Assembly: GCA_963921275.4 (NCBI GenBank)
Contig: OZ001293.3
Coordinates: forward strand, 6,688,001-6,752,000
Reading direction: 5' to 3'
From: an uncultured Hormoscilla sp.
Lineage (GTDB): Bacteria; Cyanobacteriota; Cyanobacteriia; Cyanobacteriales; Desertifilaceae
Length of the DNA stretch: 64,000 bases
A program made the translations under genes and the position numbers. Below, piece by piece: positions 35,329 through 47,383 of this stretch (the stretch's first letter is position 1; the number at the start of each line of letters is the position of its first letter). The notes beneath the pieces were generated by a model, which was given only the letters and a program-made list of their open reading frames with translations, did not search any database and was not told the DNA's origin.

Positions 35329-37305
35329 CTAATTGTGAATCGTACCATCAGGCATAGTTGCTCCAGTCAGAATCGCCTGGTGCCGATCGACTGAGGATAT
35401 AATCGCATTTCTCAGACTAGCATAACTGAGGTTTGCCCCCGTGAGAATCGTCCCTTGTAAATCACTCCCCCACAAATATGCTTCCCTGAGACTGGTGCCG
35501 CTCAGATTGGCCTCGCACACAAATTCATGTTCGCCCCAGTCAAATCTGCCTCAGTTAAATCTGCTGCCGTTAAGTCTACCTTAGACAAGTTTGCCTGACA
35601 AAAACTCGCTTTACCGAGGGATGTCCCCATCAGATTAGCAGCTCGCAGGTTAGCCAGATCGCAGATTGCCAGACGCATCTGAGTCCCACTCAAGTTCGCC
35701 GACGTCAGGTTCGTCCCCATCAGGTTAGCACCACTAAGTTTCGCCTCAGACAAGTCCACTCCATCCAGATGCCATTCAGGTCAACTCCATTCATGTATGC
35801 TTCATCCAGTTTAACACCATTCAGCTGGGGTGTGGTCATAAGTAGTTGATAGCCGGGTGCATCTCAGAGACATATATATAGCCCCGCGCAGGCGGGCGAA
35901 GGTTCATGTAGCCCCACCCTTTGGGGGCGGCTACGATGTCCTCCAGGCATCGAAGTGCGTCCTCCAGACATCAAGCTCCCAGGAGACATCGAGCTCCCCC
36001 GAGACATCGAGCTGGACCGGGGACATCGAGCGCGCTTTAGACATCGAAGCCAAGGCGATCGCCCCTTAACGATAGATATATTTGATCATGGAATAACTCA
36101 GTCATGCCCCTCTGTGACTGAGTTATTTTTTGGAGTGACTGAGTTATTCCTTGGGGTAATTGTTCAGTTCCTGAAGTAACTGTTCAGTTCCTGGAGTAAC
36201 TGGGTCATGCCACCGAGTACGAGAGTCATGCCCTGGCGGCACCAAGCTTTGCTTTGACTTGAAACAATGTTACCAAGGGCGATCCGAGTCACTCTCAGGC
36301 CGGAAAAAGTCTCTCCAAGGCCGGAGTCAAATCCGTTCGCGCAGCGTGGCGCAGCCATTCGCGCAGCGTGGCGCAGCCATGGCCAGAGTGAATATTCCGG
36401 CTGGACTGAGTGAGGACAAAACAAAATTTAGCTAGGTCGTCACTGACAGATGTTGTAAAGTGGCCATTTTGCTCTAACTGGCGTTTGGGGATGGGTGTGG
36501 TCAAAACTCGTTGGTACTCGGCCTCGCCGCCCGAACCCTAAAGGGTCCGGCTACATGAACAAAGCAATTGTCGCTCGCGAGCGCAGAGGAGATGCACTCG
36601 CGCTCTGAGCACTACCCCTCGCGCATCGTGGCAACCTTCCTGCGATGTCTCCTGTGTGCCGTATCCCTTGCGGGAGCGCGCAGCGCAATCGCGTAGCGTG
36701 GCGTAGCCATGTCCCCTGGGACTTAAGCTCTGGCAGAGATATCGAAGCGGGCTATATTACATGCATCTAAGATGCGGCTATCAACTACTTGTGACCGCAC
36801 CCTTCAGCTGTGCCCCCCGAAGCAATGCCCCACTCAACCTCGATCCCGACAAATTTGTCCAGCTCAAGTTGGCCCCTCTCAAATCAGCAGCACGCAGGTT
36901 AATTCCACTCAAGTATGCACCGCAAAGATTAACACCCTGCAAACAGGCCCCATATAGACTGACCCAAGTGAGAATAGCACCAGTAAGTTTAGCTCCACTC
37001 AAGTCTACTCTGGCCATGTTTGCCCCTTTCAGGTTCGCTTTCGTCAAGTCAGCTTTCTGCAAATTAGCACCTTTGAGCTTGACATAATTCAGGTTAGCTG
37101 CATAGATAAAAGCCCCAGTTAAGTTTGCCCCTTCCAGCATAGCTCTGCTCAGGTCAGATCTTGCCAGAGATGCCCCGCTCAAATTAGCCCCATTCAGGTT
37201 AATTCCTTTCAGGTTCGCCCCTATTAAGTTTGCCCCTGCCAGATCCGCCCCCGTCAAACTTCTCTGGCCCTCTGTATATAGCTCTATCAGTTCATCAGCA
37301 TTCAT
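35329..37305 (-). pseudogene. Pentapeptide-repeat protein interrupted by a 975-bp insertion, with further frameshifts
   Basis: MNADEL...A(N/D)Lxx repeats to GAQL; removing 35828-36802 and one TSD copy continues as NGVKLDEAYM...; ends GATMPDGTIHN. Confidence 0.8.
35828..36802. mobile_element. Non-autonomous IS derivative, 975 bp, 8-bp TSD
   Basis: 28-bp TIR GGGTG(T/C)GGTCA(T/C)AAGTAGTTGATAGCCG; TTCAGCTG at 35820-35827 and 36803-36810; no transposase-length ORF. Confidence 0.85.
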
Positions 37306-37387
37306 CTCATTACCCTCAACTAGGTAAAAAGGCCGAGATATCCTCATCGGCAGCCAACAGACTGAAGGAGGCAACCTAATTCCTCAT

Positions 37388-39990
37388 CTACTCATGCTTG
37401 CTACCATCAGGCATGATTGCCCCTTTCAGAGTTGCATTCCGCAGGTTAGCTCTACTCAAGTTAGCATCTATCAGCATCGCCCCATTCAGCATAGCATCAG
37501 TTAGGTTAGACCAGCTAAGTTTTGCCTGATACAAGTTGGCCGATCGCATGTCTGCTTCCCGTAGCACTGTCCAACTGGCATTTACCCGCCGCATGTTAGC
37601 CTTATAGAATATCGTCCCTTTCAGGTTGGATGGGGTCGAGCCGGGAATCGCTTCCCGACCCTCCCTTGAGGAACCGGACTTGCGATTTTCACCGCATCCG
37701 GCTACTGGGTACTAGGCCCTTTTCATAGGTAGACTTAATAGGAATTACTTCCGTTAGCCCTTGCCGCCTGTCTTTTCTTCCCTTTCCTGGTTTAGCGAGT
37801 GGTTGTTCTGATAACCGTTAGTATCACCATTTTCAAGTCAGTTTTACCAGTTATCCATACCTTATCCTCCACTTGCGTTTCGGATTAGTTCCGTGGCTTT
37901 TTAGGATTACTCATTCCAGCAGCTTCCTAGTATCACCGACCCACGTCAGCGCTGGCTACCCAGCATCATCTACATTACTGTAGATGTTATCCCAGGAATT
38001 ACCCCGGGCATTCGCTTCTTGGGCCATCCCTCCCCCCGTGGCTTGCGCTTAACATCTAACTTGTCCTGATGGACAGCACACGAGAGGTTACTTCGTTCCC
38101 TAACAACATTTCGCGATACCTTTAGGTCCACACTATACCCCGGGAGCTATTTGAGTACTATATTAGCCAGAGTCTAAAACTAATACTAGCTACCATTTCC
38201 TTTTTAGGCCAGCGCATATAGCCTTATTTCGCTGGTTCCTTATAACGAGGCTTGCACATGTTTGCCTGCTCTAACCTTGGATATCTTTCCTAGCGGCGTC
38301 ACCGGCTTAGGCTGCCAGTTATCCTACATTTGAGTCCTCGCTTAGCACCACGATGATGTCGCTTCGTAGCACCGAGGACCGGTGTCACCCCCGTACCTGG
38401 GGGGAGGGGAATTTAACCCCCATGCGGTCAGAGTTCCCGGCTAATGAAACCGGGCTAGCGTTCCGTGTTTGACCACGTTAGGCTAGAACGAATCGCACAG
38501 ATCCACTCAGGTTAGCAAAGCTCAAGTCGGCGCGACTGAGGTTAGCGGACTCCAGACTTGCCCCAATCAATATAGCATTCGTCAGGTTCGCCCCCTCTAA
38601 GTTAGCCAGACTTACGAAACTGTAAGTCTGGTTCGCCCCCTCTAAGTTAGCCCGCATTAGGGATGTCTGAAGCAGTCGCGATCTGATCAGGGTAGCATGG
38701 CGCAGATTAGCATCGGACAGTTCGATCCCGCCCAGGTTAGTTTCGCTCATGTTAGTCTGAGAGAGGTCAGCCTTCGAGAAGTCAGCTTCACTGAAATTAG
38801 CGCCACGCAAATTGCTGCCCGCTAGATCTGCTGCCATCAACTTGGCTTTACTCAAGTTTGTGCCAATTAGGTTAGCATCTTGCAATATCGCCTCAGACAG
38901 GTTGGATGGGGTCGAGCCGGGAATCGCTTCCCGACCCTCCCTTGAGGAACCGGACTTGCGATTTTCACCGCATCCGGCTACTGGGTACTAGGCCCTTTTC
39001 ATAGGTAGACTTAATAGGAATTACTTCCGTTAGCCCTTGCCGCCTGTCTTTTCTTCCCTTTCCTGGTTTAGCGAGTGGTTGTTCTGATAACCGTTAGTAT
39101 CACCATTTTCAAGTCAGTTTTACCAGTTATCCATACCTTATCCTCCACTTGCGTTTCGGATTAGTTCCGTGGCTTTTTAGGATTACTCATTCCAGCAGCT
39201 TCCTAGTATCACCGACCCACGTCAGCGCTGGCTACCCAGCATCATCTACATTACTGTAGATGTTATCCCAGGAATTACCCCGGGCATTCGCTTCTTGGGC
39301 CATCCCTCCCCCCGTGGCTTGCGCTTAACATCTAACTTGTCCTGATGGACAGCACACGAGAGGTTACTTCGTTCCCTAACAACATTTCGCGATACCTTTA
39401 GGTCCACACTATACCCCGGGAGCTATTTGAGTACTATATTAGCCAGAGTCTAAAACTAATACTAGCTACCATTTCCTTTTTAGGCCAGCGCATATAGCCT
39501 TATTTCGCTGGTTCCTTATAACGAGGCTTGCACATGTTTGCCTGCTCTAACCTTGGATATCTTTCCTAGCGGCGTCACCGGCTTAGGCTGCCAGTTATCC
39601 TACATTTGAGTCCTCGCTTAGCACCACGATGATGTCGCTTTGTAGCACCGAGGACCGGTGTCACCCCCGTACCTGGGGGGAGGGGAATTTAACCCCCATG
39701 CGGTCAGAGTTCCCGGCTAATGAAACCGGGCTAGCGTTCCGTGTTTGACCACGTTAGGCTAGAACGAATCGCACAGCACCAGTCAGGTTAGCTTCCCGTA
39801 GGTTCGCCCCCTTCAGGTTAGCGTCACTCAGGTTGACTTCCGTCATCTCCGCTTCCCGCAGGTTAACCTCCACTAGGTCAAGACCCCCCATAAAGGCCCC
39901 AGAAAGTTTCACCTTGCGAAAATCTCTTTCCCCTGCATCATATCGCTTTTTTAGTTCCTTCGCGTTCATAATTATCTCTGTCATAATCAT
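37388..39990 (-). CDS. Pentapeptide-repeat protein in three exons (39990-39775, 38903-38499, 37627-37388); 286 aa spliced from the first ATG
   Basis: Removing the two 871-nt introns gives an open frame with intact register: ...ANLTG A|NLSE AILQD... and ...ANLSG S|NLKG TIFYK..., ending GAIMPDGSKHE. Confidence 0.88.
37628..38498 (-). mobile_element. ORF-less group II intron, copy 1 (871 nt)
   Basis: 5' GUGCG; domain V AGCCGGAUGCGGUGAAAAUCGCAAGUCCGGUUC; domain VI hairpin with GCGA loop; no RT ORF. Confidence 0.93.
38904..39774 (-). mobile_element. ORF-less group II intron, copy 2 (871 nt)
   Basis: Same sequence as copy 1; one substitution noticed at 39641. Confidence 0.93.
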
Positions 39991-40009
39991 AGATGCACTT
40001 TCCTGATTT

Positions 40010-40049
40010 TGTTAGTTGTCAGTTGTCAGTTGTTAGTTGTCAGTTGTCA
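40010..40049. repeat. Heptamer short tandem repeat (GTTGT(C/T)A)
   Basis: About five tandem units; similar AATTG(C/T)-type heptamer tracts near 20240, 45870 and 58535-58585. Confidence 0.8.
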
Positions 40050-40249
40050 AGGTTTTCATTTTTTATTTGTACCAGACACGGGACCGTAAAATGGCAAAAG
40101 TAGTCAAACAAACATCTATTACTTTGACATATATATAATACAGCGTTTTTCACCCTACTAGCTTGAGAAACGCTATAGTATAGGTGATTAAATCTGCATG
40201 TTGGGGTCAGAACTAGACTTAGGGTTGATAGCATTAAAGGAGAACGCCA

Positions 40250-41926
40250 ATGGAGTTGAACAAAAGAAGCAAAGTCGTAACCCAGGGAGTGCAGCGATCG
40301 CCCAACCGGGCCATGCTACGGGCAGTAGGGTTTGGGGATGACGATTTCACGAAGCCGATCGTAGGCATTGCCAATGGTTATAGCACAATTACGCCTTGCA
40401 ATATGGGGCTAAACGATCTGGCAGTCCGAGCGGAAGCGGGTGCGCGAGCTGCCGGTGCTATGCCGCAGATGTTCGGTACGATCACGGTCAGCGACGGGAT
40501 CTCGATGGGGACTGAGGGGATGAAATATTCCCTGGTGTCCCGGGAGGTGATCGCAGATGCCATTGAAACGGCCTGCAATGGCCAGAGTATGGATGGGGTA
40601 CTGGCGATCGGGGGTTGCGATAAGAATATGCCGGGGGCGATGATAGCGATCGCCAGGATGAACATTCCGGGGATATTCGTTTACGGCGGTACGATCAAAC
40701 CGGGAAATTACGAAGGACGGGACTTAACCGTTGTCAGCGCCTTTGAAGCAGTCGGAGCATACAGCGGTGGTAAGATCGATCTGGCGGAACTGACGGGAGT
40801 GGAACGGAATGCCTGTCCCGGTGCCGGGGCCTGTGGGGGCATGTTTACAGCTAATACCATGTCTTCGGCCTTTGAAGCAATGGGTATGAGTTTGCCCTAT
40901 TCTTCGACAATGTCCGCTGAGGATGCGGAAAAAGCTGATAGTACGGAAAAATCTGCTTTTGCCCTGGTCGAAGCAATTCGCAATCAGATTCTACCAAGTC
41001 AGATTCTCACCCGCAAGGCATTTGAGAATGCTATTTCTGTAATTATGGCCGTGGGCGGATCCACAAATGCGGTGCTGCACCTGCTGGCGATCGCCTCAGC
41101 AGCGGGGGTAGACTTAACCCTGTCGGACTTTGAAACCATTCGCGATCGAGTCCCAGTGCTGTGTGACTTAAAACCCTCTGGTCGATACGTGACTGTTAAC
41201 TTGCACCAAGCAGGCGGCATTCCCCAGGTAATGAAAATGCTGCTAGCACATGACCTGTTACATGGTGACGCCCTGACGATTACAGGCAAGACTATTGCTG
41301 AAGTTTTAGCAGATGTACCCGCAGAACCTCCAGGGAACCAAGATGTGATTCGTCCCTGGGATAATCCGATATACGATCGAGGACATTTGGTGATTCTGCG
41401 AGGAAATTTAGCTACTGAAGGTGGGGTGGCGAAAATCAGTGGAGTCAAGAAGCCCAAAATTACTGGTCCAGCGCGGGTATTTGAATCGGAGGAAGCTTGT
41501 TTAGAAGCAATTCTAGCAAAGAAAATTAAAGCAGGAGACGTGATTGTCGTCCGCTATGAAGGGCCCAAGGGCGGTCCGGGAATGCGGGAAATGCTAGCTC
41601 CCACTTCCGCTATTATTGGAGCTGGATTGGGTGATTCTGTGGGATTAATTACCGATGGGCGTTTCTCTGGCGGGACTTACGGTATGGTCGTGGGTCACGT
41701 GGCACCAGAAGCAGCAGTCGGAGGAGCGATCGCCCTTGTAGAAGAAGGGGACAGCATTACAATTGACGCCCCAGGAAGGTTATTGCAACTGGAAGTATCT
41801 GACGAAGAATTAGCACGACGCCGTGCCAACTGGCAACCAAAACCACCCCGTTACACGAAAGGAGTACTGGCAAAATATGCTAAGTTAGTATCTTCTAGCA
41901 GTGTCGGCGCGGTGACAGACAGTTAA
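40250..41926 (+). CDS. ilvD: Dihydroxy-acid dehydratase
   Basis: [52 protein letters not shown]. Confidence 0.98.
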   Translation: MELNKRSKVVTQGVQRSPNRAMLRAVGFGDDDFTKPIVGIANGYSTITPCNMGLNDLAVRAEAGARAAGAMPQMFGTITVSDGISMGTEGMKYSLVSREVIADAIETACNGQSMDGVLAIGGCDKNMPGAMIAIARMNIPGIFVYGGTIKPGNYEGRDLTVVSAFEAVGAYSGGKIDLAELTGVERNACPGAGACGGMFTANTMSSAFEAMGMSLPYSSTMSAEDAEKADSTEKSAFALVEAIRNQILPSQILTRKAFENAISVIMAVGGSTNAVLHLLAIASAAGVDLTLSDFETIRDRVPVLCDLKPSGRYVTVNLHQAGGIPQVMKMLLAHDLLHGDALTITGKTIAEVLADVPAEPPGNQDVIRPWDNPIYDRGHLVILRGNLATEGGVAKISGVKKPKITGPARVFESEEACLEAILAKKIKAGDVIVVRYEGPKGGPGMREMLAPTSAIIGAGLGDSVGLITDGRFSGGTYGMVVGHVAPEAAVGGAIALVEEGDSITIDAPGRLLQLEVSDEELARRRANWQPKPPRYTKGVLAKYAKLVSSSSVGAVTDS

Positions 41927-41940
41927 CAGCGATCGGTAAC

Positions 41941-41966
41941 AAAAAGCCCGCCCAGGCGGGCTATAT
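41941..41966. terminator. Hairpin after ilvD, possible intrinsic terminator or REP-like repeat
   Basis: AAAAAGCCCGCC CA GGCGGGCT inverted repeat just downstream of the stop. Confidence 0.5.
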
Positions 41967-42043
41967 TACTTGCATTAAGATGCTCTCAGGGAAGATCGCC
42001 ACAGTTTTGTCCGATATATCCGAACAATCGTAATAATATAATT

Positions 42044-42160
42044 GGCGTTGCACGGGGGATGATAGCATATGCATGCACACGCTACGCTACTGAAAGTGAC
42101 TTATACTCTAGCTTTCAAACATTTGCAAAATTCCCATCATCGGTGTGATTGTGCAACGCC
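42044..42160. mobile_element. MITE, GGCGTTGCAC-ended family
   Basis: GGCGTTGCAC...GTGCAACGCC ends as at 20189; no clean TSD. Confidence 0.65.
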
Positions 42161-42187
42161 ATTCAATTATCCAGCACAGATTAGACT

Positions 42188-43464
42188 ATGCAGTTCTCCA
42201 CATCACAAAAGGATCGTCCTTTTTCCTTTGCAGCAGCTTACGGCCACCCAGGAGACCTCAAGCAAAAGGACCGCAAGGGTTCTCGCAAGCAAGTTGGTAT
42301 TATCGGCGGTGGTATTGCAGGACTCACCAGTGCCTATGAATTAAGTCAACTCGGTCACGATGTTACCATTCTCGAAGCGTCCGATCGCCTGGGGGGGCGC
42401 TCTTAAAGGAGTTGGTAGATACCCTCTCCGACTGGGAAAAGTGGGAGATGTTCTCCCCCTCCTTTACCAGTTCCCAGCTCAAGCAGTACGATCGGATGAC
42501 TTTTACTCAGTTTTTTCGCGATCGCCTCTCCCGTGATGCCTTTGAACTGGTGGGCCACGCTACGGGGATGATTCATTACGATCGGGTTTCTCTCTTAGGC
42601 GGATTAATTGACTTCTTTGCTTGGTATCGGGCCGAACAATACCAGCTTGTCGGCGGCATGGAAACTTTAGTGAAGGCTTTTGGACAGCGTTTGCCCGGGA
42701 AAGTCCAGTATAATGCTAAGGTAAATCTAATTGTGATGACCGACAGGGGAGTTCACCTTCGTTGGGACAATTTGGATAGCCCCAAAGAACAAGAGTTCGA
42801 CTATGTTATCTGCACCGTTCCCACTACCGCTTTAGCACGAATAGAATTCGATCCTTCTCTCCCAGAAGATCAAATGCAGGCTATTCGCGGTCTTGGTTAC
42901 AGCAATGCGGCTAAAACTATCTTTCACTGTACGGCCCGCCCTTGGGAACTTGACGATAATATCTATGGTGGGGGTAGCTTTACAGACTTACCCATGGAAA
43001 AATGCTGGTATCCTTCCGATAATGCTATCTTAGCTGACGAGGGGGCAGAAAATCCCCGTTGGGTGGCGCGAGACCCGGAACTTTCCCATCAACCGACTGC
43101 TTTTACCGCTGCTTACCGTTGGGAAAGTAATGCCCGGCATTTTCTCTCCCTTGAAGAAGGTAAACGAACTGAGGAGACTTTGAAGGAGGTGAAGCAACTG
43201 CATGGGCAGATAGACAAATATGTTGATGATGTGGTTCATTGTATTTGGGATGAAGAGGCTAAACCCGGTTCTGGGGCTTATGCTTTTTTTGCTCCCGGGG
43301 AACACGAACGCTATCAAGGACCGCTGTGTCAGCCTTATCCTGTAGAAAAGCCTCGCGTCTTTTTTGCAGGTGAACATTTGGGTCTCAACCATGCTTCGGT
43401 TCAGGCGGCCATTCAAACTGCAGTTGCAGCCGTTATTGAGGTTCTGGGAGGGCCAGTTTATTAG
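42188..43464 (+). pseudogene. Flavin monoamine / L-amino-acid oxidase family, split after the FAD-binding motif
   Basis: GGGIAGL...[10 protein letters not shown] then stop; downstream ORF has GGMETL, DYVICTVP, FFAGEH. Confidence 0.8.
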
Positions 43465-43568
43465 AAGCAGTTAAAATAGATGACTGAAGTTGGCAGCTGT
43501 TCTGAAGAAGAGAGAGCGTGCAACTGGTCCGCAGTTTGTTAACATTAGATAGTGATGAATGAGTTGAG

Positions 43569-44555
43569 ATGATCGATAAATTGACAAGATTCCAGCAATC
43601 TTTTTTCGCTGAGCCAAAGAAAAGGGCGCTCGCTGTTCTAGCGAGCGGTGTATTTGCTTTGTCATTTATGCCAATCCTTGTCCGGTTAGGAGAGAGAGAA
43701 ATTAGCCCCACTGCTGTCATCTTTGACCGCTTTTGGATTTGTACTATTATCTTGGGGTTGTGGAATGGACTGCTAACCGTAAGGCACAAGCGCCCCAAAG
43801 ATGTAGCCAACCAATACCTATATAGCAATCGGACGCTTGGACTATTGCTTGGAGGCGGAATCTGTTTTACGGCTGGACAATTGATATGGGCATGGTCGCT
43901 GACTCAGACAAGCATTGCCAACTCATCACTCCTGCACAGTTTTATACCCTTATTCGCGACTTTAGGAGGGTGGCTATTTTTTGCTCAGAACTTCGATCGC
44001 AGATTTATTATTGGCATGATAGTTGCTATTATCGGCTCCATAATTCTTGGATTTGACGACTTACTATATCAGACTGACAAAATACAAGGGGACACAATTG
44101 CTTTAATTTCTACGTTGTTTTTTACTACCTATTTACTTCTAGTTGAACGAATCAGAGATCATTTCAAGCTCGTAACAATCATTTTCTACTATTGCGCGAT
44201 CGGTATTGTGATGCTTATACCTTTTGTCTTGATAAGTAACGAACCGATTTTACCATCTTCTTTGAGTGGATGGTTAGTACTCATCGGTCTAGCTGTAAAT
44301 CTCTTGTTAGTTTATATAACTACAGCATATACACTGAAGTGGTTATCATCTGCACTGGTTACCGTCGTCTTGCTGATCGACCCAGTTTTGAGTGTTATCT
44401 TGGCTTGGGTCATCTTTTCTGAAGCACTAGATTTCTGGAATTTAGTCGCTTTTCTTGTAGTTTTGTTTGGTATATACTTAGTAACAACGAGCGAATCTGT
44501 CATTAAAGATAAAGATGAAGCAGAAGCATCAATGCTCATTCGAGATAAGGTTTAA
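43569..44555 (+). CDS. DMT/EamA family transporter
   Basis: About ten hydrophobic segments; SLTQTSIANS, GDTIAL, DPVLSVILAW motifs. Confidence 0.88.
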   Translation: MIDKLTRFQQSFFAEPKKRALAVLASGVFALSFMPILVRLGEREISPTAVIFDRFWICTIILGLWNGLLTVRHKRPKDVANQYLYSNRTLGLLLGGGICFTAGQLIWAWSLTQTSIANSSLLHSFIPLFATLGGWLFFAQNFDRRFIIGMIVAIIGSIILGFDDLLYQTDKIQGDTIALISTLFFTTYLLLVERIRDHFKLVTIIFYYCAIGIVMLIPFVLISNEPILPSSLSGWLVLIGLAVNLLLVYITTAYTLKWLSSALVTVVLLIDPVLSVILAWVIFSEALDFWNLVAFLVVLFGIYLVTTSESVIKDKDEAEASMLIRDKV

Positions 44556-45797
44556 TATCTTTATAAATCTGCTTCGCAATTATTAAATTGCCATTTGGAG
44601 AAACATGACAAAAGTCAATGTAGATGTACTCATCACTCGAAAACATATCTGTATAATCTACTATCCACTTATGTCCGCGCTTTCGCATAATATCTTTAAT
44701 AAGTGGATACACGGTTTTATACTGCAATTCCCTTTCATTATCCCATTGATTGAACTTTAAATGAGCTAATTTTGGGTTGCCAACATAGGCAACTGGCTGC
44801 AATATCGCCAAAAACTTGATGCCCTTTGCTTCTGCTATAGCATGAGCTATTTCCCAGTAGTTAACAATTGACTCTGCCACCCTTTGAGCCCGTTCCTTCG
44901 AGTTGTCGCAGACAAAATAATCATCAACATAACGTTTTATCGGTATTGATTCGCCTTCACGTTTCACAGTCTGAAAACTAACTAGATCGTTTTTGACCTT
45001 TCCAGCTAAGCTTCTCGTACCAAACAAGAAAACAAAATCAAGGTATTGTAAAAATTACCTCCCATTCAATGATAGCTTTATCTTCTCGTTTGTTAGATAA
45101 TTATCGGCTACTTTTTTATCATCTTTTGCCCCTTCTAATTTTTTACCCATTCGTCTCCTAAAAAATGCCGTTTCCCATGTTCGCCCACACCAATATCTGC
45201 TCTACAACTATAGTTTACATCGTTAACCCCATCGTAAAATATAGCAATATCAATTTCTTCTCCCCGAGCTAAAATATTAACTAATCGAGCGAGGCTTTGA
45301 CGGCTATTAAAGCCTCGCTCTCCCTTGTTGTAAGACGGCATTCCTGAAATTGAATTAAACAAAGCAGGAATAGTGCTATTGTCTGACGCGCCTAGACCCC
45401 ACATAGTCGAGCCCCCGAAAAAGTAAACTGATTTATTGCTCTTATCTACAAGAACATTCTCATGCAGCCTATCTCCATTATTGTCGATAGTAATTGTTTT
45501 GCCTTGAAAAGGTTGAGAAGTCCAAGCAATATATGGTTCGTATGACGAATTAAACTGCCCGTCCTCCTTGAAATAAACCTTCATAAATTCTCTATTATTA
45601 TCATAATTCGGGAGAACGTATAAATTTGCATATCTACCCGGTCCATTATCATACAGCTCTTCAGTATTGCCCTTGACGAACAACATTCTTATTTCTTCGT
45701 TCGCAAATAGTACGGCGCTACTCAAAAAATTGATACTTGCAATAAATATAACAGTTAAAGCTATATTTATCAATACTAAACGAATCTTGTCTTTCAT
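44536..45797 (-). pseudogene. SGNH/GDSL hydrolase-like protein, frameshifted near 45160
   Basis: FFGGSTMWG, FYDGVND, ILQP, DFCHVSPNGN. Confidence 0.75.
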
Positions 45798-45841
45798 TTT
45801 TTCATTGCTCCCAACCAGCCTAATTTTCGTTACTTAATTTT

Positions 45842-45987
45842 TGTTACACAATTCCGGGATGATAAGGGTTGCTAATTGCTAATTGTCAATAGTAAATTGA
45901 AATAGTCATAAATAGCCATAGATGGATGTCTGAACGATTTTCAATTTTCAACCATTGACTGCTATCATCCCCAAAATGTGCAACGCC
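45842..45987. mobile_element. Degenerate MITE, GGCGTTGCAC-ended family
   Basis: Right end TGTGCAACGCC, eroded left end GTTACACAATTCCGGGATGAT; interior resembles the 20189 copy. Confidence 0.6.
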
Positions 45988-46046
45988 AATTTTTCTATGT
46001 TACCACCTCTAAGCAGTCCTGGCAAGAAGCGGGAATCAGCCTAAAA

Positions 46047-46925
46047 TTATTTGAAAGAAGACGTCTGTTTATTGATGCCTTCTGGCTTGCTTTCTTTCCG
46101 TTCAAAGCCTAAAAAATGTTCTTTAATCTCCTTGCTCTTCTGCATTATTTTACGATCGCCCGTGTCTGCTGCAATCCGTTCCAACCAATCATAAATTAAA
46201 GCTGGGTTTACCTCTTTACTAAAGGATATTTTGCTTAAAATCGTTACGATTTCTTTAATGTTGCGATCGCTGATAATTCTGCTCAGACTATAAATATCGC
46301 TTATATCCTCATAAGTTAGAAATTTTCGAGCGATCGCCATTGGTTTTGTTTTTGGTATTGTCGTTGATTTATCCTTAAATAAATTTTGGATTGGTATATC
46401 AGAATCAAAATCCAAAATTAAGTGAAGGCGGGAGTCTGAGGACAAGTTAATTACGCTATGAACGAGGCTTCCGTCATGTAGCCAAATTTCCCCAAATCTC
46501 ATGTGATAGACACTTATTTCATTTAGATAAAGTGCATCGGGATTAGTTTTAAGGGGTATATGAATGCGCGTTAAACAATTTTCTAATTCGAGGTAGTCTC
46601 TATGAGGAAGTAAACACGATCCCTCCCTAAGGTCAAAAATGCGAGCGAATTTCATCCACTCTAAGAAAAATGTATCTTCAACTACCTTCCTAATATGTGA
46701 AAGTTCCTTGTCCAATTTTGTTAACTGAGCTGCACCTACATAATCGGAATATTGACCATCTTGGGCATTTCCTTCGCGATTCCACAAGGGATATACTTCT
46801 AACAAACCAACTTCTTTTATGCTAAATCCAACATAGCCTTGTATAGTTTTAAGCCAGTTAAGATCTTTTTCTAAAAGAGTCAAATCAAACTTATTACCAA
46901 TCCAACCTATGATTTCAGTCTTCAT
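46047..46925 (-). CDS. Fe(II)/2OG dioxygenase, proline-3-hydroxylase / Asp-beta-hydroxylase-like
   Basis: PHRDYLEL...RIHIPL...GEIW...HSVIN...RLHLILDF with C-terminal YDWL helical domain. Confidence 0.8.
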   Translation of the reverse strand: MKTEIIGWIGNKFDLTLLEKDLNWLKTIQGYVGFSIKEVGLLEVYPLWNREGNAQDGQYSDYVGAAQLTKLDKELSHIRKVVEDTFFLEWMKFARIFDLREGSCLLPHRDYLELENCLTRIHIPLKTNPDALYLNEISVYHMRFGEIWLHDGSLVHSVINLSSDSRLHLILDFDSDIPIQNLFKDKSTTIPKTKPMAIARKFLTYEDISDIYSLSRIISDRNIKEIVTILSKISFSKEVNPALIYDWLERIAADTGDRKIMQKSKEIKEHFLGFERKESKPEGINKQTSSFK

Positions 46926-46964
46926 CTTAATCTTAGCGTTGATTATCTAATTTTTTTTTTCGAG

Positions 46965-47059
46965 TAAGTAACTGGACTTACTTATTTACACCGTGAATTC
47001 TGAGTGGCAAAGGCTTTCTCAGAATAATTTTATGGTAAGTAATTTAGTCCAGTTACTTA
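46965..47059. mobile_element. Small TA-ended inverted-repeat element (95 bp)
   Basis: TAAGTAACTGGACT...AGTCCAGTTACTTA inverted ends. Confidence 0.55.
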
Positions 47060-47068
47060 AACCTCGGA

Positions 47069-47347
47069 TCAAGCAAAGTTTGGGTAATGTATCCAGCAAA
47101 CGCGACTGACTGTCTTGCCATGATTGCTCGCGGTGTGAGGTTCTTTAGCTGGAACCATAATTTCCTGACCAATATTAAGCTGAGAAACCTTACCTTGGCA
47201 AGAAACTTCCATTTGTCCCTCTAAGAGAACGAAAAATTCATCAGTTTTATGACCTGGATCTGACCAAGCATCTCCGGGAGATAACTCCCAGACTTCACAA
47301 ATCATTCCTCGCTCTTCCCACTTTTTCTTTATTTTTTCTGCGTCCAT
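47069..47347 (-). CDS. Cupin domain protein
   Basis: H..DE...LEG...VPAKEPHTASN. Confidence 0.85.
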   Translation of the reverse strand: MDAEKIKKKWEERGMICEVWELSPGDAWSDPGHKTDEFFVLLEGQMEVSCQGKVSQLNIGQEIMVPAKEPHTASNHGKTVSRVCWIHYPNFA

Positions 47348-47383
47348 TTTTATCCCCGATTGTAACTATTTGAGTGAATAGAG

